Source: Acidobacteriota bacterium (GTDB taxonomy: Bacteria > Acidobacteriota > Thermoanaerobaculia > Gp7-AA8). From it: a stretch of 64,000 bases of DNA. Location of the stretch: NCBI GenBank assembly GCA_025463165.1, contig JAOBAU010000337.1, positions 1,073 to 65,072 on the forward strand, read 5' to 3'. The notes beneath the pieces are model-generated. The model did no database searches, was not told the origin of the DNA, and saw only the letters and a list, made by a program, of their open reading frames with translations. Position 1 is the stretch's first letter; each line of letters opens with the position of its first letter. Of the stretch, positions 55,043 to 63,627 are shown in pieces. The translations under genes were made by a program, and so were the position numbers.

Positions 55043-56262
55043 AGAAACTGCTGATCATCGCCGCGATCGTCGCCGTACTCGTCGCGCTGATCTGGTTCAG
55101 CGCGGCGCAATATCTCAACTCCACCGCCGTCACCGCTGCCCAAACGCGCTGGCCCAACAACCTCGGCACCGCCGACGACATCGCGCGCCACTTCCCCGCT
55201 CACGGAGATAACGAGACGGCAACGCAGGTCGTCGCGCTGGCAAAGCCGCTCGGCGTCCGCTTCGACGATCGCGGAACGGAGCCGGAGATTCAGACGATTC
55301 GCCCGGCGATGTCGCAACATCTGGCGCACGTCATCAGCACCGATGGTGATGCAGTCGATGCGCCGCCGGCGCCGCTTGCGCAATGGCTCACGCAACATGC
55401 GGCCGACATTCGTGCGCTGCAGCAGCAACTCGTCACGCACGACGCGCCGCAGTGGGCCGTCGATGCCGACACGCTGATCGAGGCGCCGATGCCGCGGCTC
55501 GTCTCGCAAATGGATCTCTTCCGCGTGCTCGCGCTCGACGCGCTCGAACAGCATCGCGCCGGCAACGACGCGCTGGCGTGGGAAGACCAGCACGCGTCGT
55601 GGAAGCTCGCGCAGGGACTCGCCGCGCGGCCGGAGCTGATCTCGCAACTCATCGGCATCGCCGGCGCGCGGCTCGCGAACGGCGTGGCAGCGAAACTCTC
55701 GGCACCGGCGCCGGCGTGGCGTCACGAACTGGCATCGTTCGACTTCGGCAACGCCGCCGTTGCGTCGCTGGCGTACGAAGCGACGCACAGCTGGCGTTAC
55801 GTTCGCCGCTATCCGGCCGGTGAGCCGGATGACGACAAGCTGCGGAATCGCGGACGAGAATTCATCGGCATCATCCTCGCGCCCTATCGCCGTCATCGCG
55901 CCGGCATCGCACTCGAACAACAGCGCCGACTGGCGATGGAGCTCGCATCGCTCAGCGCGTGCGATCCGCATCCGCGCACACCGCAGGGAACCCCGAATCT
56001 CGCCGAAGCATGGCGACGCATCGGCCGGTTCCGCGCGGAAGTCGAAGGAGTCGAGAAACTCCTCGCGCTGAAAGCGGCGCGGGCGCGAAGCGGAACGTGG
56101 CCGGAGTCGATGCCGTCGATCGCCGGCTCATCGTGCAGCGACGGCAGCTGGCAGTATCAGCGCGCCGCCGACGGCTCGATGTCACTCGCGTTCAGCAAAC
56201 CGATTCCGGTCGCGCACGCGCAGACGACGGTGGTGCCGCTGGTGTTCAGGTACGGGAAGTAA
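55039..56262 (+). CDS. Hypothetical secreted/anchored protein (407 aa)
   Basis: N-terminal MKKLLIIAAIVAVLVALIWF. ATGA overlap with the aminotransferase gene. Confidence 0.55.
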   Translation: MKKLLIIAAIVAVLVALIWFSAAQYLNSTAVTAAQTRWPNNLGTADDIARHFPAHGDNETATQVVALAKPLGVRFDDRGTEPEIQTIRPAMSQHLAHVISTDGDAVDAPPAPLAQWLTQHAADIRALQQQLVTHDAPQWAVDADTLIEAPMPRLVSQMDLFRVLALDALEQHRAGNDALAWEDQHASWKLAQGLAARPELISQLIGIAGARLANGVAAKLSAPAPAWRHELASFDFGNAAVASLAYEATHSWRYVRRYPAGEPDDDKLRNRGREFIGIILAPYRRHRAGIALEQQRRLAMELASLSACDPHPRTPQGTPNLAEAWRRIGRFRAEVEGVEKLLALKAARARSGTWPESMPSIAGSSCSDGSWQYQRAADGSMSLAFSKPIPVAHAQTTVVPLVFRYGK

Positions 56263-56345
56263 TGAGGCATGGGGTATGAGGTATGAGTAAAGGCAAAGGC
56301 ATCTACTCATGCCTCATGCCTCATGCCTCATTACTCATGCCTCAC
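56259..56345. repeat. Heptamer-repeat hairpin (CATGAGG units) spanning the stop codons of convergent genes
   Basis: gtaatgaggcatggggtatgaggtatgagtaaagg … ctactcatgcctcatgcctcatgcctcattactcatgcctcac. Confidence 0.55.
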
Positions 56346-56863
56346 AACACAATCGTGTACGCCAGCGTCGTCATGTCTTTCATCCGATCGAGATAGACGT
56401 GGCCGTCGGTGTGGTCGATCTCGTGCTGGAAGATGCGCGCGGTGAAGCCTTCGACTTCGACCGTGACCGCATCGCCATCGTGATCGATGCCGCGGACGCG
56501 GAGCTTCTTCCAGCGCGAGACGTCGCCGCCGAGGAACGGAACGCTGAGGCAGCCTTCCCAGTCATTGATTTTCTCGTCGCCGATCGGCTCGTACGTCGCG
56601 TTGAACAGCACGCCGGCGCCGACCGTTTTCACACCGCGACGTTTCGCGACGCGTTCCTGCACTTCATAAACATAGATGCGCATCGGCAGATGAATCTGCG
56701 GGCCGGCAAGGCCGACGCCTTCGTAGGCGTGCATCGTTTCGATCATGTCGTCGACGAGCGAGCGGAACTTCCCCGCTTTGATGTCCGCGACTTCGACGTC
56801 GCTCGCCTTCTGGCGCAAAACGGGATGGCCGAGCCGCGCCACTTTCAGAATCGACATCGTCAA
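56342..56863 (-). CDS. def: Peptide deformylase
   Basis: GVGLAGPQI, EGCLSVP and QHEIDH motifs. Confidence 0.9.
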   Translation of the reverse strand: MTMSILKVARLGHPVLRQKASDVEVADIKAGKFRSLVDDMIETMHAYEGVGLAGPQIHLPMRIYVYEVQERVAKRRGVKTVGAGVLFNATYEPIGDEKINDWEGCLSVPFLGGDVSRWKKLRVRGIDHDGDAVTVEVEGFTARIFQHEIDHTDGHVYLDRMKDMTTLAYTIVL

Positions 56864-58059
56864 ACCTCCGTAATGAGCGGCATACGCCGCATCGCCATCG
56901 CGATTGAGAACGCGGTAATCGTCAGCACCGCGCCGCCGTAAAACGCGCCGCGTGCCTGGGCGAGATCGTAAAGAAATCCGGTGGCGATCGGTCCGAGAAA
57001 TCGCGCCAGCGAGCCGATGCCGGATGCCAGTCCGAGCATCGAGCCCTGTTCATCGGCCGAGGTCACTTTCGACAGCAGCGCGGTCAATGACGGGTACGTC
57101 AGTCCCTGGCCGATGGCGATGAAGAACGCGACCGCGTAGAGACCTCGCACATCCCACAAACTCGGCACGGCGAGAAAGCCGATGGTGAACGACGCGGCGC
57201 CGATCGCGACGAGGGTCCGTTCGCCGAGCCATTTCGATAGTCGTCCGATCAGCCCGCCCTGGATGACAGCGACAATCACACCCATGAAGAGAAACCAGTG
57301 CGCCATGTCGCGCTGCCGGAATTGAAAGCGATCGCGCGCGTGCAGCGTGACGCTCGTCTCCATGCCGGAGACGGCGAAGAGCGTGAGGAAAAGTCCGGCG
57401 ATGATCGCGCCGAGGATGGCGCGGGAGAGCATCGCATTCCAGACGCGCTTGTCGAATTGCGGCGGAACCTTGCTCCGTACCGTTGCATTCCGCGGACGCG
57501 ATTCGGCGAGGACGAAGAAGGCGACCGCGAGAGCGATGAACGAGAGCGACGCGGCGACGATGCCGGGCAGCAGGTTGCCGTGCATGCCGTGATGCGAGCC
57601 GTACTCGCCGAGGAAACCGCTGAGCGGCGGACCGAGAATGAACCCCATGCCGAACGCGGCGCCGATCGCTCCCATCCCCTTCGCGCGATTCTCGGGCGTG
57701 GTGATGTCGGCGATGTACGCCTGCGCGGTGCCGATGTTCGCGCCGCCCGCGCCGGCGATGACGCGCGAGATGAAGAGCAGCAACAAACTGCGCGCGAATC
57801 CGAAGAGCAGGTAGCCGACGCAGCTCGCCGTGAGACTGATGAGAATCACCGGCCGCCGTCCGATCCGATCGGAGAGCCGCCCCCAAACGGGCGCAAAGAA
57901 AAACTGCATGATCGAATACACACCGACCACCGCTCCGACCATCACCCCGCTCGCGTGATACTCCCGCGCATAGAAGGAAAGGAACGGGATGACCATCCCG
58001 AACCCGATGAGGTCGATGAAGACGGTGAGGAAGAGAACGCCGAGGGAGGGGCGGTGCAC
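56860..58059 (-). CDS. MFS transporter
   Basis: 12 TM. GRLSDRIGRRPV (MFS motif A). GTG start. Confidence 0.85.
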   Translation of the reverse strand: MHRPSLGVLFLTVFIDLIGFGMVIPFLSFYAREYHASGVMVGAVVGVYSIMQFFFAPVWGRLSDRIGRRPVILISLTASCVGYLLFGFARSLLLLFISRVIAGAGGANIGTAQAYIADITTPENRAKGMGAIGAAFGMGFILGPPLSGFLGEYGSHHGMHGNLLPGIVAASLSFIALAVAFFVLAESRPRNATVRSKVPPQFDKRVWNAMLSRAILGAIIAGLFLTLFAVSGMETSVTLHARDRFQFRQRDMAHWFLFMGVIVAVIQGGLIGRLSKWLGERTLVAIGAASFTIGFLAVPSLWDVRGLYAVAFFIAIGQGLTYPSLTALLSKVTSADEQGSMLGLASGIGSLARFLGPIATGFLYDLAQARGAFYGGAVLTITAFSIAMAMRRMPLITEV

Positions 58060-58082
58060 GGCGGGAGAGTATAGAGGCAGTA

Positions 58083-58153
58083 CTGAGGACTGAGGACTGA
58101 GGACTGAGTGAGGCCGGCGCGAAGCGACTCAGTCCTCAGTCCTCAGTCCTCAG
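58083..58153. repeat. Heptamer-repeat hairpin (CTGAGGA x3) in divergent intergenic region
   Basis: ctgaggactgaggactgaggactgagt - 16 nt - gactcagtcctcagtcctcagtcctcag, with perfectly complementary arms. Confidence 0.6.
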
Positions 58154-58170
58154 CACTTACACTGTCGGGC

Positions 58171-58857
58171 GTGCGCCCCCGCCTCGCGTTGTTCGACATC
58201 GACGGCACGCTGATCACCGATGGCGGTGTCTCGCGCGAAGCGTATGGCGAAGCGCTGACGCTCGTGTATGGCTACGAAGGCGATCTCGGACGCTACGATT
58301 TTTCGGGACGTACCGATCCGCAGATCACGCACATGGTGCTCGGCGACGCGGGATTTCCTGCGGCGACGATCGACGAGCGGATGAGCGAGCTTTGGCGGCA
58401 TTACCTCGCCGGGCTGGCGCGCAATGCGTCGTCGGGACGCGTGCGGATGCTCGACGGGATTCGTCAGCTGCTCGAAGCGCTGGTGTCGATCGATGAAGTA
58501 ACCCTCGGGCTGGTCACCGGCAACATCGAGCCGGGCGCGCGGCTCAAGCTCGGCGGCGTCGGATTGAATTCGTACTTTCCGTTCGGCGCGTTCGGCAGCG
58601 ATTCGCAGAAGCGCGAGGAGTTGCCGCCGATCGCCGTCGCGCGCGCGTCGGCATCGAACGGTCATCGCTTCAATGGACGCGACGTCGTCATCATCGGCGA
58701 TTCGATTTACGACGTTCGCTGCGGCGTGCCGCATGGCGCGACGACGATCGCCATCGCGTCGGGACGAACGTCCGCAGAGCTGCTGCGCGCCGAGAATCCC
58801 GATCACTTCTTCATGAGCGCGGCCGACGACGGCGTGCTGGAAGCGATCGCAGGCTGA
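58171..58857 (+). CDS. HAD-family hydrolase
   Basis: LALFDIDGTL (motif I), GLVTGN, IGDSIYD. GTG start at 58171 preferred, since the 58108 ATG lies inside the hairpin repeat. Confidence 0.75.
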   Translation: MRPRLALFDIDGTLITDGGVSREAYGEALTLVYGYEGDLGRYDFSGRTDPQITHMVLGDAGFPAATIDERMSELWRHYLAGLARNASSGRVRMLDGIRQLLEALVSIDEVTLGLVTGNIEPGARLKLGGVGLNSYFPFGAFGSDSQKREELPPIAVARASASNGHRFNGRDVVIIGDSIYDVRCGVPHGATTIAIASGRTSAELLRAENPDHFFMSAADDGVLEAIAG

Positions 58858-58870
58858 CTACAATGCGTTC

Positions 58871-59410
58871 ATGACCGTCGCCGCATCGCGAATCCGGCTC
58901 ATCGTCTCCGACGTCGACGGCGTCTGGACCGACGGCCGCATCATCTACGCCGGCGACTCGCTCGAAGTGAAAGAGTTCAACGTCCGCGACGGCCTCGGCG
59001 CAAAGCTCGCGCAGAAAGCCGGCGTCATCGTCGCGCTGCTGACGAGCCGCAGCTCGCTGGCGCTCGAACGCCGCGCGCGCGAGCTCGGAATTGTCGAGCT
59101 TCATCAGGGCGCCGCGAACAAACTCGAAGAGCTCGAACGGATCGCCACCAAGCTCGTTCTCTCCCTCGATCAGGTCCTCTACCTCGGCGACGATCTCCCC
59201 GACCTCGCCCCGATACTGCACGCCGGCCTCTCCGCCGCTCCCGCCGACGCCGCGCCGGAAGTACACGCGGCCGCAACGTGGAAGCTCGACGCCGCCGGCG
59301 GACGAGGCGCGTTTCGCGAGGTGGTCGAGCGCCTCCTGCGCGAGCGCGGCGACTGGGACGCGATCGTCCGCGAGTTTCAGCGCGGCCGACCGCAGGGCGC
59401 GAGCATCTAG
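58871..59410 (+). CDS. kdsC: 3-deoxy-D-manno-octulosonate 8-phosphate phosphatase (KdsC, HAD)
   Basis: LIVSDVDGVWTDGRIIY…YLGDDLPD. Confidence 0.8.
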   Translation: MTVAASRIRLIVSDVDGVWTDGRIIYAGDSLEVKEFNVRDGLGAKLAQKAGVIVALLTSRSSLALERRARELGIVELHQGAANKLEELERIATKLVLSLDQVLYLGDDLPDLAPILHAGLSAAPADAAPEVHAAATWKLDAAGGRGAFREVVERLLRERGDWDAIVREFQRGRPQGASI

Positions 59411-60681
59411 TTCGCGACGCGCTCCACGCCCATCGGCCATTCGCCGCGAAGGAACTGCCGAATCGCGGCGAAGACGACCGCCGGCTCGTCGATCCACACC
59501 GCGTGCGCGGCGTGCGGCACCGTTAGCAGTCGCGCGTTCGGAAGCGCGCGCGCCCAGTCGCGGCCGCCGTCGTATGGCGCGTTGCGATCGAACGTGCCGT
59601 GAATCGTCAGCACCGGCATCGCGATCTTCGCGAGCTGCGTCGGTGAGAGATCGACGGCGACGATCGATGGCCAGAGCTGGTTGAAATGGCGATCGAGTCG
59701 GGCAGGCGCTTCGTTGGCGAGCTCGCAGGTGGAGCGAAGCCTCGACGCGTGCGACGGATCGCCGACCAACTGATGGCTGGTGACGTCCCACGCCGCGGCG
59801 CAGGTGTCGGTCGACGCCTTCGCGGCGACGCCGCTGTCGTCATTCGTATGCGCGGCGAACTTCAGCGATGCGTTGCGCGCCACCGGCGCGAGTTGCACGA
59901 CGCGCGCGACGTGCTCGGGATGTTCGGACGCGTACATCGCGACCATCTTGCCGAGGTAGGACCAGCCGACGGGAATGACGCGATCGACGTTGAAGTGGCG
60001 GCGGACGGCTTCGAAATCTTTCACGTCCTGCTGAATCGTCACCGAGTCGAGCTTGTCGAGTGACGCGGAGCGTCCGCGGTTGCGCGGATCGTACGAGATG
60101 ACGGTGGCGACGTCGGCGAGCGCGCGGAAATCGTCGAAGAGCATCGCGCCGAACGGGACGATGAGCGTCACCGGCGAGGAGCCGATTTTCTGAAAGTGTA
60201 ATTTCACGCCGTCGTCGGTGACGACGTCGCCTTCCGTGAACGGCTCGACGTTTTCGGCGAGACAGGCGGCCGGAGAGCCGGGACCATCGAAGAGAACTTT
60301 CCATGCGCCGTCCGGCTGTCGCAACCAGATCGACGAGTAGTTGCCGATGTGATGCGCGTTCGCGTCGAAGACCGGACCGGTGGAGAGTCCGATCGTGCCG
60401 GCGGCGTTCGTGACGACGCGCTCCGGCGTCCAGCTGAACGGCGCAACCGGTCCGGCGAAGAAGCGCGACCAGCGTTCGACGACTGCCGCTTTGCCGGCGA
60501 GCGTCTTCGCGGAAAGGAACGTGGCGTCGTCGAGCACGAAGGAGAAGAACTTCGCGGAATCGCGATCGGCGAACGCTTTCGCGAAGGCGATCTCGCCCGC
60601 GCGCACTTCATCAGCGTGCGATTGCGCGAATGCGGACGTGGCGGCGAGTAGCGCGAGGAGGACGGCGACGACTTTTTGCAT
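59407..60681 (-). CDS. Secreted alpha/beta hydrolase with N-terminal SnoaL/NTF2-like domain
   Basis: Signal peptide MQKVVAVLLALLAATSAFA. Nucleophile elbow VGWSYLG. Confidence 0.7.
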   Translation of the reverse strand: MQKVVAVLLALLAATSAFAQSHADEVRAGEIAFAKAFADRDSAKFFSFVLDDATFLSAKTLAGKAAVVERWSRFFAGPVAPFSWTPERVVTNAAGTIGLSTGPVFDANAHHIGNYSSIWLRQPDGAWKVLFDGPGSPAACLAENVEPFTEGDVVTDDGVKLHFQKIGSSPVTLIVPFGAMLFDDFRALADVATVISYDPRNRGRSASLDKLDSVTIQQDVKDFEAVRRHFNVDRVIPVGWSYLGKMVAMYASEHPEHVARVVQLAPVARNASLKFAAHTNDDSGVAAKASTDTCAAAWDVTSHQLVGDPSHASRLRSTCELANEAPARLDRHFNQLWPSIVAVDLSPTQLAKIAMPVLTIHGTFDRNAPYDGGRDWARALPNARLLTVPHAAHAVWIDEPAVVFAAIRQFLRGEWPMGVERVAN

Positions 60682-60758
60682 CGGGCCAGAGTAGCGGCTC
60701 GCGCCGGCGCCGCTGTTTGCGAACCGGCGCGAAGCGGTGACGAAACGCGAACGCGCCG

Positions 60759-61418
60759 TCAGCCGCCGGTTACACGCGCGTACGTCGCGTAATCGGCGAC
60801 GGCCGGATCGCCGCAATCGAATGGCGGCCGCGGGTGATATTGCACGATGAGCTGCGTCGCTTTCGCGATCCCTTCATCGCCGGTGATGAGCGCGATCAAT
60901 TCGAGCGTGCCATCGAGCGATGACGCGACGCCGCCGGTCGTGAAGCGATTGCGATCGCGGACGAATCGCGGATAGCCGTTCACGACCTTCACGTTTTTGT
61001 TCGCCTTCAGTTCATCGAGCGCCGCCCAATGCGTCGTCGCCTGGTAACCGTCGAGCAGTCCCGCCGCGCTGAGGATCACCGCTCCGGTGCAGACCGCCGC
61101 GACCCATGTCGCCTTCTTCGCCTGCTGTTTGATGAACGCGAGAAAGTCGGCGTCGCCGGTGGCCGCGGAGACGTCCTGCGCGCCGGGCACGAGCAGCACA
61201 TCGAGTTGTTTGTTTGCGTAATCGGCGAACGTCGCCATCGGCGTCAGCAGCAACTTCTGTCCGCTCACGACCGGCTCGCACGTCTTCGCGAGCAGCACGG
61301 TGTCGAGTGTGTTGCCGCTCCAGAACTGATTCACGCGGCTGAGCATGTCCCACGGACCGGCGACGTCGATCAGATCAACGTTCGGGAAAATCGGTACGCC
61401 CACGCGGATGGTCTTCAT
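60759..61418 (-). CDS. DJ-1/PfpI family protein
   Basis: AAVCTGAVILSAAGLLDG (Cys nucleophile elbow). ATG at 61418 (MKTIRVGVPIF). Confidence 0.8.
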   Translation of the reverse strand: MKTIRVGVPIFPNVDLIDVAGPWDMLSRVNQFWSGNTLDTVLLAKTCEPVVSGQKLLLTPMATFADYANKQLDVLLVPGAQDVSAATGDADFLAFIKQQAKKATWVAAVCTGAVILSAAGLLDGYQATTHWAALDELKANKNVKVVNGYPRFVRDRNRFTTGGVASSLDGTLELIALITGDEGIAKATQLIVQYHPRPPFDCGDPAVADYATYARVTGG

Positions 61419-61436
61419 GACACCTCTTTTATCGCT

Positions 61437-61548
61437 GGTCCTGAGTCCTGAGTCCTTAGTCCTGAGTGCTCGACCCACGGCGCGATGAGCATCGCGAACG
61501 CGAAGCGTCACTCAGGACTCAGGACCAAGGACTCAGGACTAAGGACTC
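61437..61548. repeat. Heptamer-repeat hairpin (TCCTGAG units) with nested inner palindrome
   Basis: ggtcctgagtcctgagtccttagtcctgagtg … cactcaggactcaggaccaaggactcaggactaaggactc. Inner cgcgatg-ag-catcgcg. Confidence 0.55.
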
Positions 61549-61552
61549 GCTT

Positions 61553-62776
61553 CTAAATCACGATCGTTTCGTGAATCGGCTTGTTTTCCCAGAACCGTTT
61601 GATCGACAGCGGTGCGCAGTCGAGCGTTCGATATTCGCCGAACATCATCACTTCCGCGAGCGCGAGGCCGGCGGCCGGCGCTTCCATCGCGCCGTGGCCG
61701 GAGAAGCCGGTGGCGAAGACGAGATTGCGGTAGTGCGGATGCTCGCCGAAGACGGCGTTGTGATCGACGGCGTTCGTGTCGTAGAGACCGCCCCACATCG
61801 ACATCAGGCGGCAGCGCTCCATCCCCGGCACGCGCTCCTGCAGGATGTAATTGATCTTCTCCTCGTAATACGTCGCGTCGGCCGTGACGTCGTAACCGGC
61901 CGGCGTGTCGGGATCGGCGCGGCCGATGAGGAGGTTCGGTCCCTCCGGACGAAAGTAGATGCCGTCGTCGATGATCGTCATCGGGATCCGCTCGAAGCCT
62001 TCGATCGGCGGGAAGTTGGTGATGTAGAGCATCCGCTTCAGCGGAATGACCGGCGGCAGGTCGTCGCCGGTGATGCCGGAATGTTCGAGCAGCTCGTTCG
62101 TCCATGCGCCGGCGGCGATGAGGATCTTTTCGCTGGCGAGGAACGTCCCGTCTTCGAGCTCGACCCCTTCGTACACGCCATCTTTGATGCGCAGTTTCTT
62201 CACCGCGGTTCGAAGGCGCAGCTCGGCGCGACCGTTCATCAGCTCCAGCCCGCGCTCGAAATATCCCTGCGCCGCGGCGGACGGATCGAAGCTGCCGCAG
62301 TCGGGGCCGAAGACGCCGCCGGCGATCGGCTTCATCTGCAGCAGCTCGTTCACGTCGGGATCGATGTGATCGATTCCCGCTTTCAGGCCGGGCACTTTCT
62401 TCTCGACTTCCTCCGGGCTGAGGAACTCGATGCGCACGCCGTTCTTCGCCCACTCCTCGCCGAACGTTTTCGCGCTTTCGTAGTTCTCCGCGTATTGGCA
62501 GAAGAGATAGCCGCGCTGATCGAAGCCGATCGGGAACTGCAGCTCATCCTGAAACTGCGCCAGCTTTTTGATCGAGTAGCTGGTCAGGCGCATGTTGATC
62601 GGCGTTGTCCAGATGTTGCGGAAGCCGCCGGCCGAAAGCGCGGTCGATCCTTTCGACAATGCATCTTCGCGCTCGAGGACGAGGACGCGTCCCTGGTAGC
62701 CGAGTTTCCCCAGGTGGTAGAGGGCGGATCCGCCGATGATGCCGCCGCCGATGATGATCAGGTCGTGTTCGGGCAC
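61553..62776 (-). CDS. FAD-dependent oxidoreductase (DAO family, sarcosine/glycine oxidase-like)
   Basis: Dinucleotide-binding DLIIIGGGIIGGS. GTG start with AAGGAG 5 nt upstream. Confidence 0.8.
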   Translation of the reverse strand: MPEHDLIIIGGGIIGGSALYHLGKLGYQGRVLVLEREDALSKGSTALSAGGFRNIWTTPINMRLTSYSIKKLAQFQDELQFPIGFDQRGYLFCQYAENYESAKTFGEEWAKNGVRIEFLSPEEVEKKVPGLKAGIDHIDPDVNELLQMKPIAGGVFGPDCGSFDPSAAAQGYFERGLELMNGRAELRLRTAVKKLRIKDGVYEGVELEDGTFLASEKILIAAGAWTNELLEHSGITGDDLPPVIPLKRMLYITNFPPIEGFERIPMTIIDDGIYFRPEGPNLLIGRADPDTPAGYDVTADATYYEEKINYILQERVPGMERCRLMSMWGGLYDTNAVDHNAVFGEHPHYRNLVFATGFSGHGAMEAPAAGLALAEVMMFGEYRTLDCAPLSIKRFWENKPIHETIVI

Positions 62777-62786
62777 GGTCACTCCT

Positions 62787-63530
62787 TCAGATGGCTTTTG
62801 CGACCGCGACAGCGCAGAGCTTCGCGGCGTGCTGGCGAACGAGCGCATCGGCGCATGCGCGCAATGTCTCGCCGGTGGTGCAGACGTCGTCGACGATGAG
62901 GATGTTGCGCTCGTTCGCGCGCGGCGATGCGGTGAACGCGCCGCGAACGTTTGCGCGGCGGTCGTCGCGCGCAAGCGTCGACTGCGTGGTTCGCTCGACG
63001 CGTTTCTCAAGCAGCAGCTCGCAGCGGATGCCGAGCCGTTTCGCGAGCGCTCGCGCGATCAGTTCCGCCTGGTTGTAGCCGCGGCGGCGCAGCTTGGTGC
63101 GGTGCATCGGAACGGGGACGATCGCGTCGAACGCGAAGTCTCCGCGCGAAGCCAGCGTCTCGTGCAGCAGTTCCGCGAGCGGCTCGGCGAGGAAATCGTG
63201 TCGCGCGAACTTCAGCGCGTGCAGCACGCGTTCGAGCGAGCCGCGATAGATGCCCCACGCATCGCACCAGTCGAGCGGTAGCGGCTCGCGCAGACAATCG
63301 ACGCAGAGAAAAACGCCGTCGGCGCCGCTGACCGGCAGCGCGCACGAGCGGCACTTCATCGACGTCAGTCGCGGAAGCAACCTCCAGCACGAATCGCAGC
63401 ACGACGCGGTGCGCGCGCGCCACGGCAACTCAGCACCGCAGGCGACGCACGACGCATGGAGCACGAGCCGCGCCGCTTCGGCACCGAGAGAGGTCAGCGT
63501 GCGAACCACACCGCTTTGCACGGGCGACAT
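62787..63530 (-). CDS. comF: ComF family protein (phosphoribosyltransferase domain, N-terminal Cys zinc-finger)
   Basis: CVACG…CDSCW…CRSC…CVDC and the PRTase motif ILIVDDVCTTGETL. Confidence 0.75.
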   Translation of the reverse strand: MSPVQSGVVRTLTSLGAEAARLVLHASCVACGAELPWRARTASCCDSCWRLLPRLTSMKCRSCALPVSGADGVFLCVDCLREPLPLDWCDAWGIYRGSLERVLHALKFARHDFLAEPLAELLHETLASRGDFAFDAIVPVPMHRTKLRRRGYNQAELIARALAKRLGIRCELLLEKRVERTTQSTLARDDRRANVRGAFTASPRANERNILIVDDVCTTGETLRACADALVRQHAAKLCAVAVAKAI

Positions 63531-63591
63531 TGTATGGCGGCGTAACGCGCGGCGCCTCTCATACGTACTACTCGACGAAAGGAACGCTCGA

Positions 63592-63620
63592 TTGAATCGA
63601 TTCAGTCGATTGCGTATAGT
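63592..63620 (+). promoter_or_regulatory. Sigma70-like promoter TTGAAT-N17-TATAGT for a leaderless ATG at 63628, overlapping three 9-bp-phased TCGATT repeats
   Basis: -35 at 63592-97, -10 at 63615-20, ATG 8 nt downstream. tcgattgaa/tcgattcag/tcgattgcg direct repeats contain the palindrome GAATCGATTC. Confidence 0.35.
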
Positions 63621-63627
63621 CCGCGCC

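Noticed and set aside
60682-60758. GC-rich inverted repeat (gcggtgacg…cgtcagccgc and gcgccggcgc) downstream of the DJ-1 gene, as a possible terminator.
   Set aside because: It is plausible. However, in this GC background similar palindromes occur by chance and there is no U-tract, so it is not reported as a feature.
49467-61548. Possible CRISPR arrays suggested by the short tandem repeats (heptamer arrays).
   Set aside because: The repeat units are 7 nt with no unique spacers. They are arranged as inverted arms, and there are no cas genes. They are hairpin/REP-like elements, not CRISPR.
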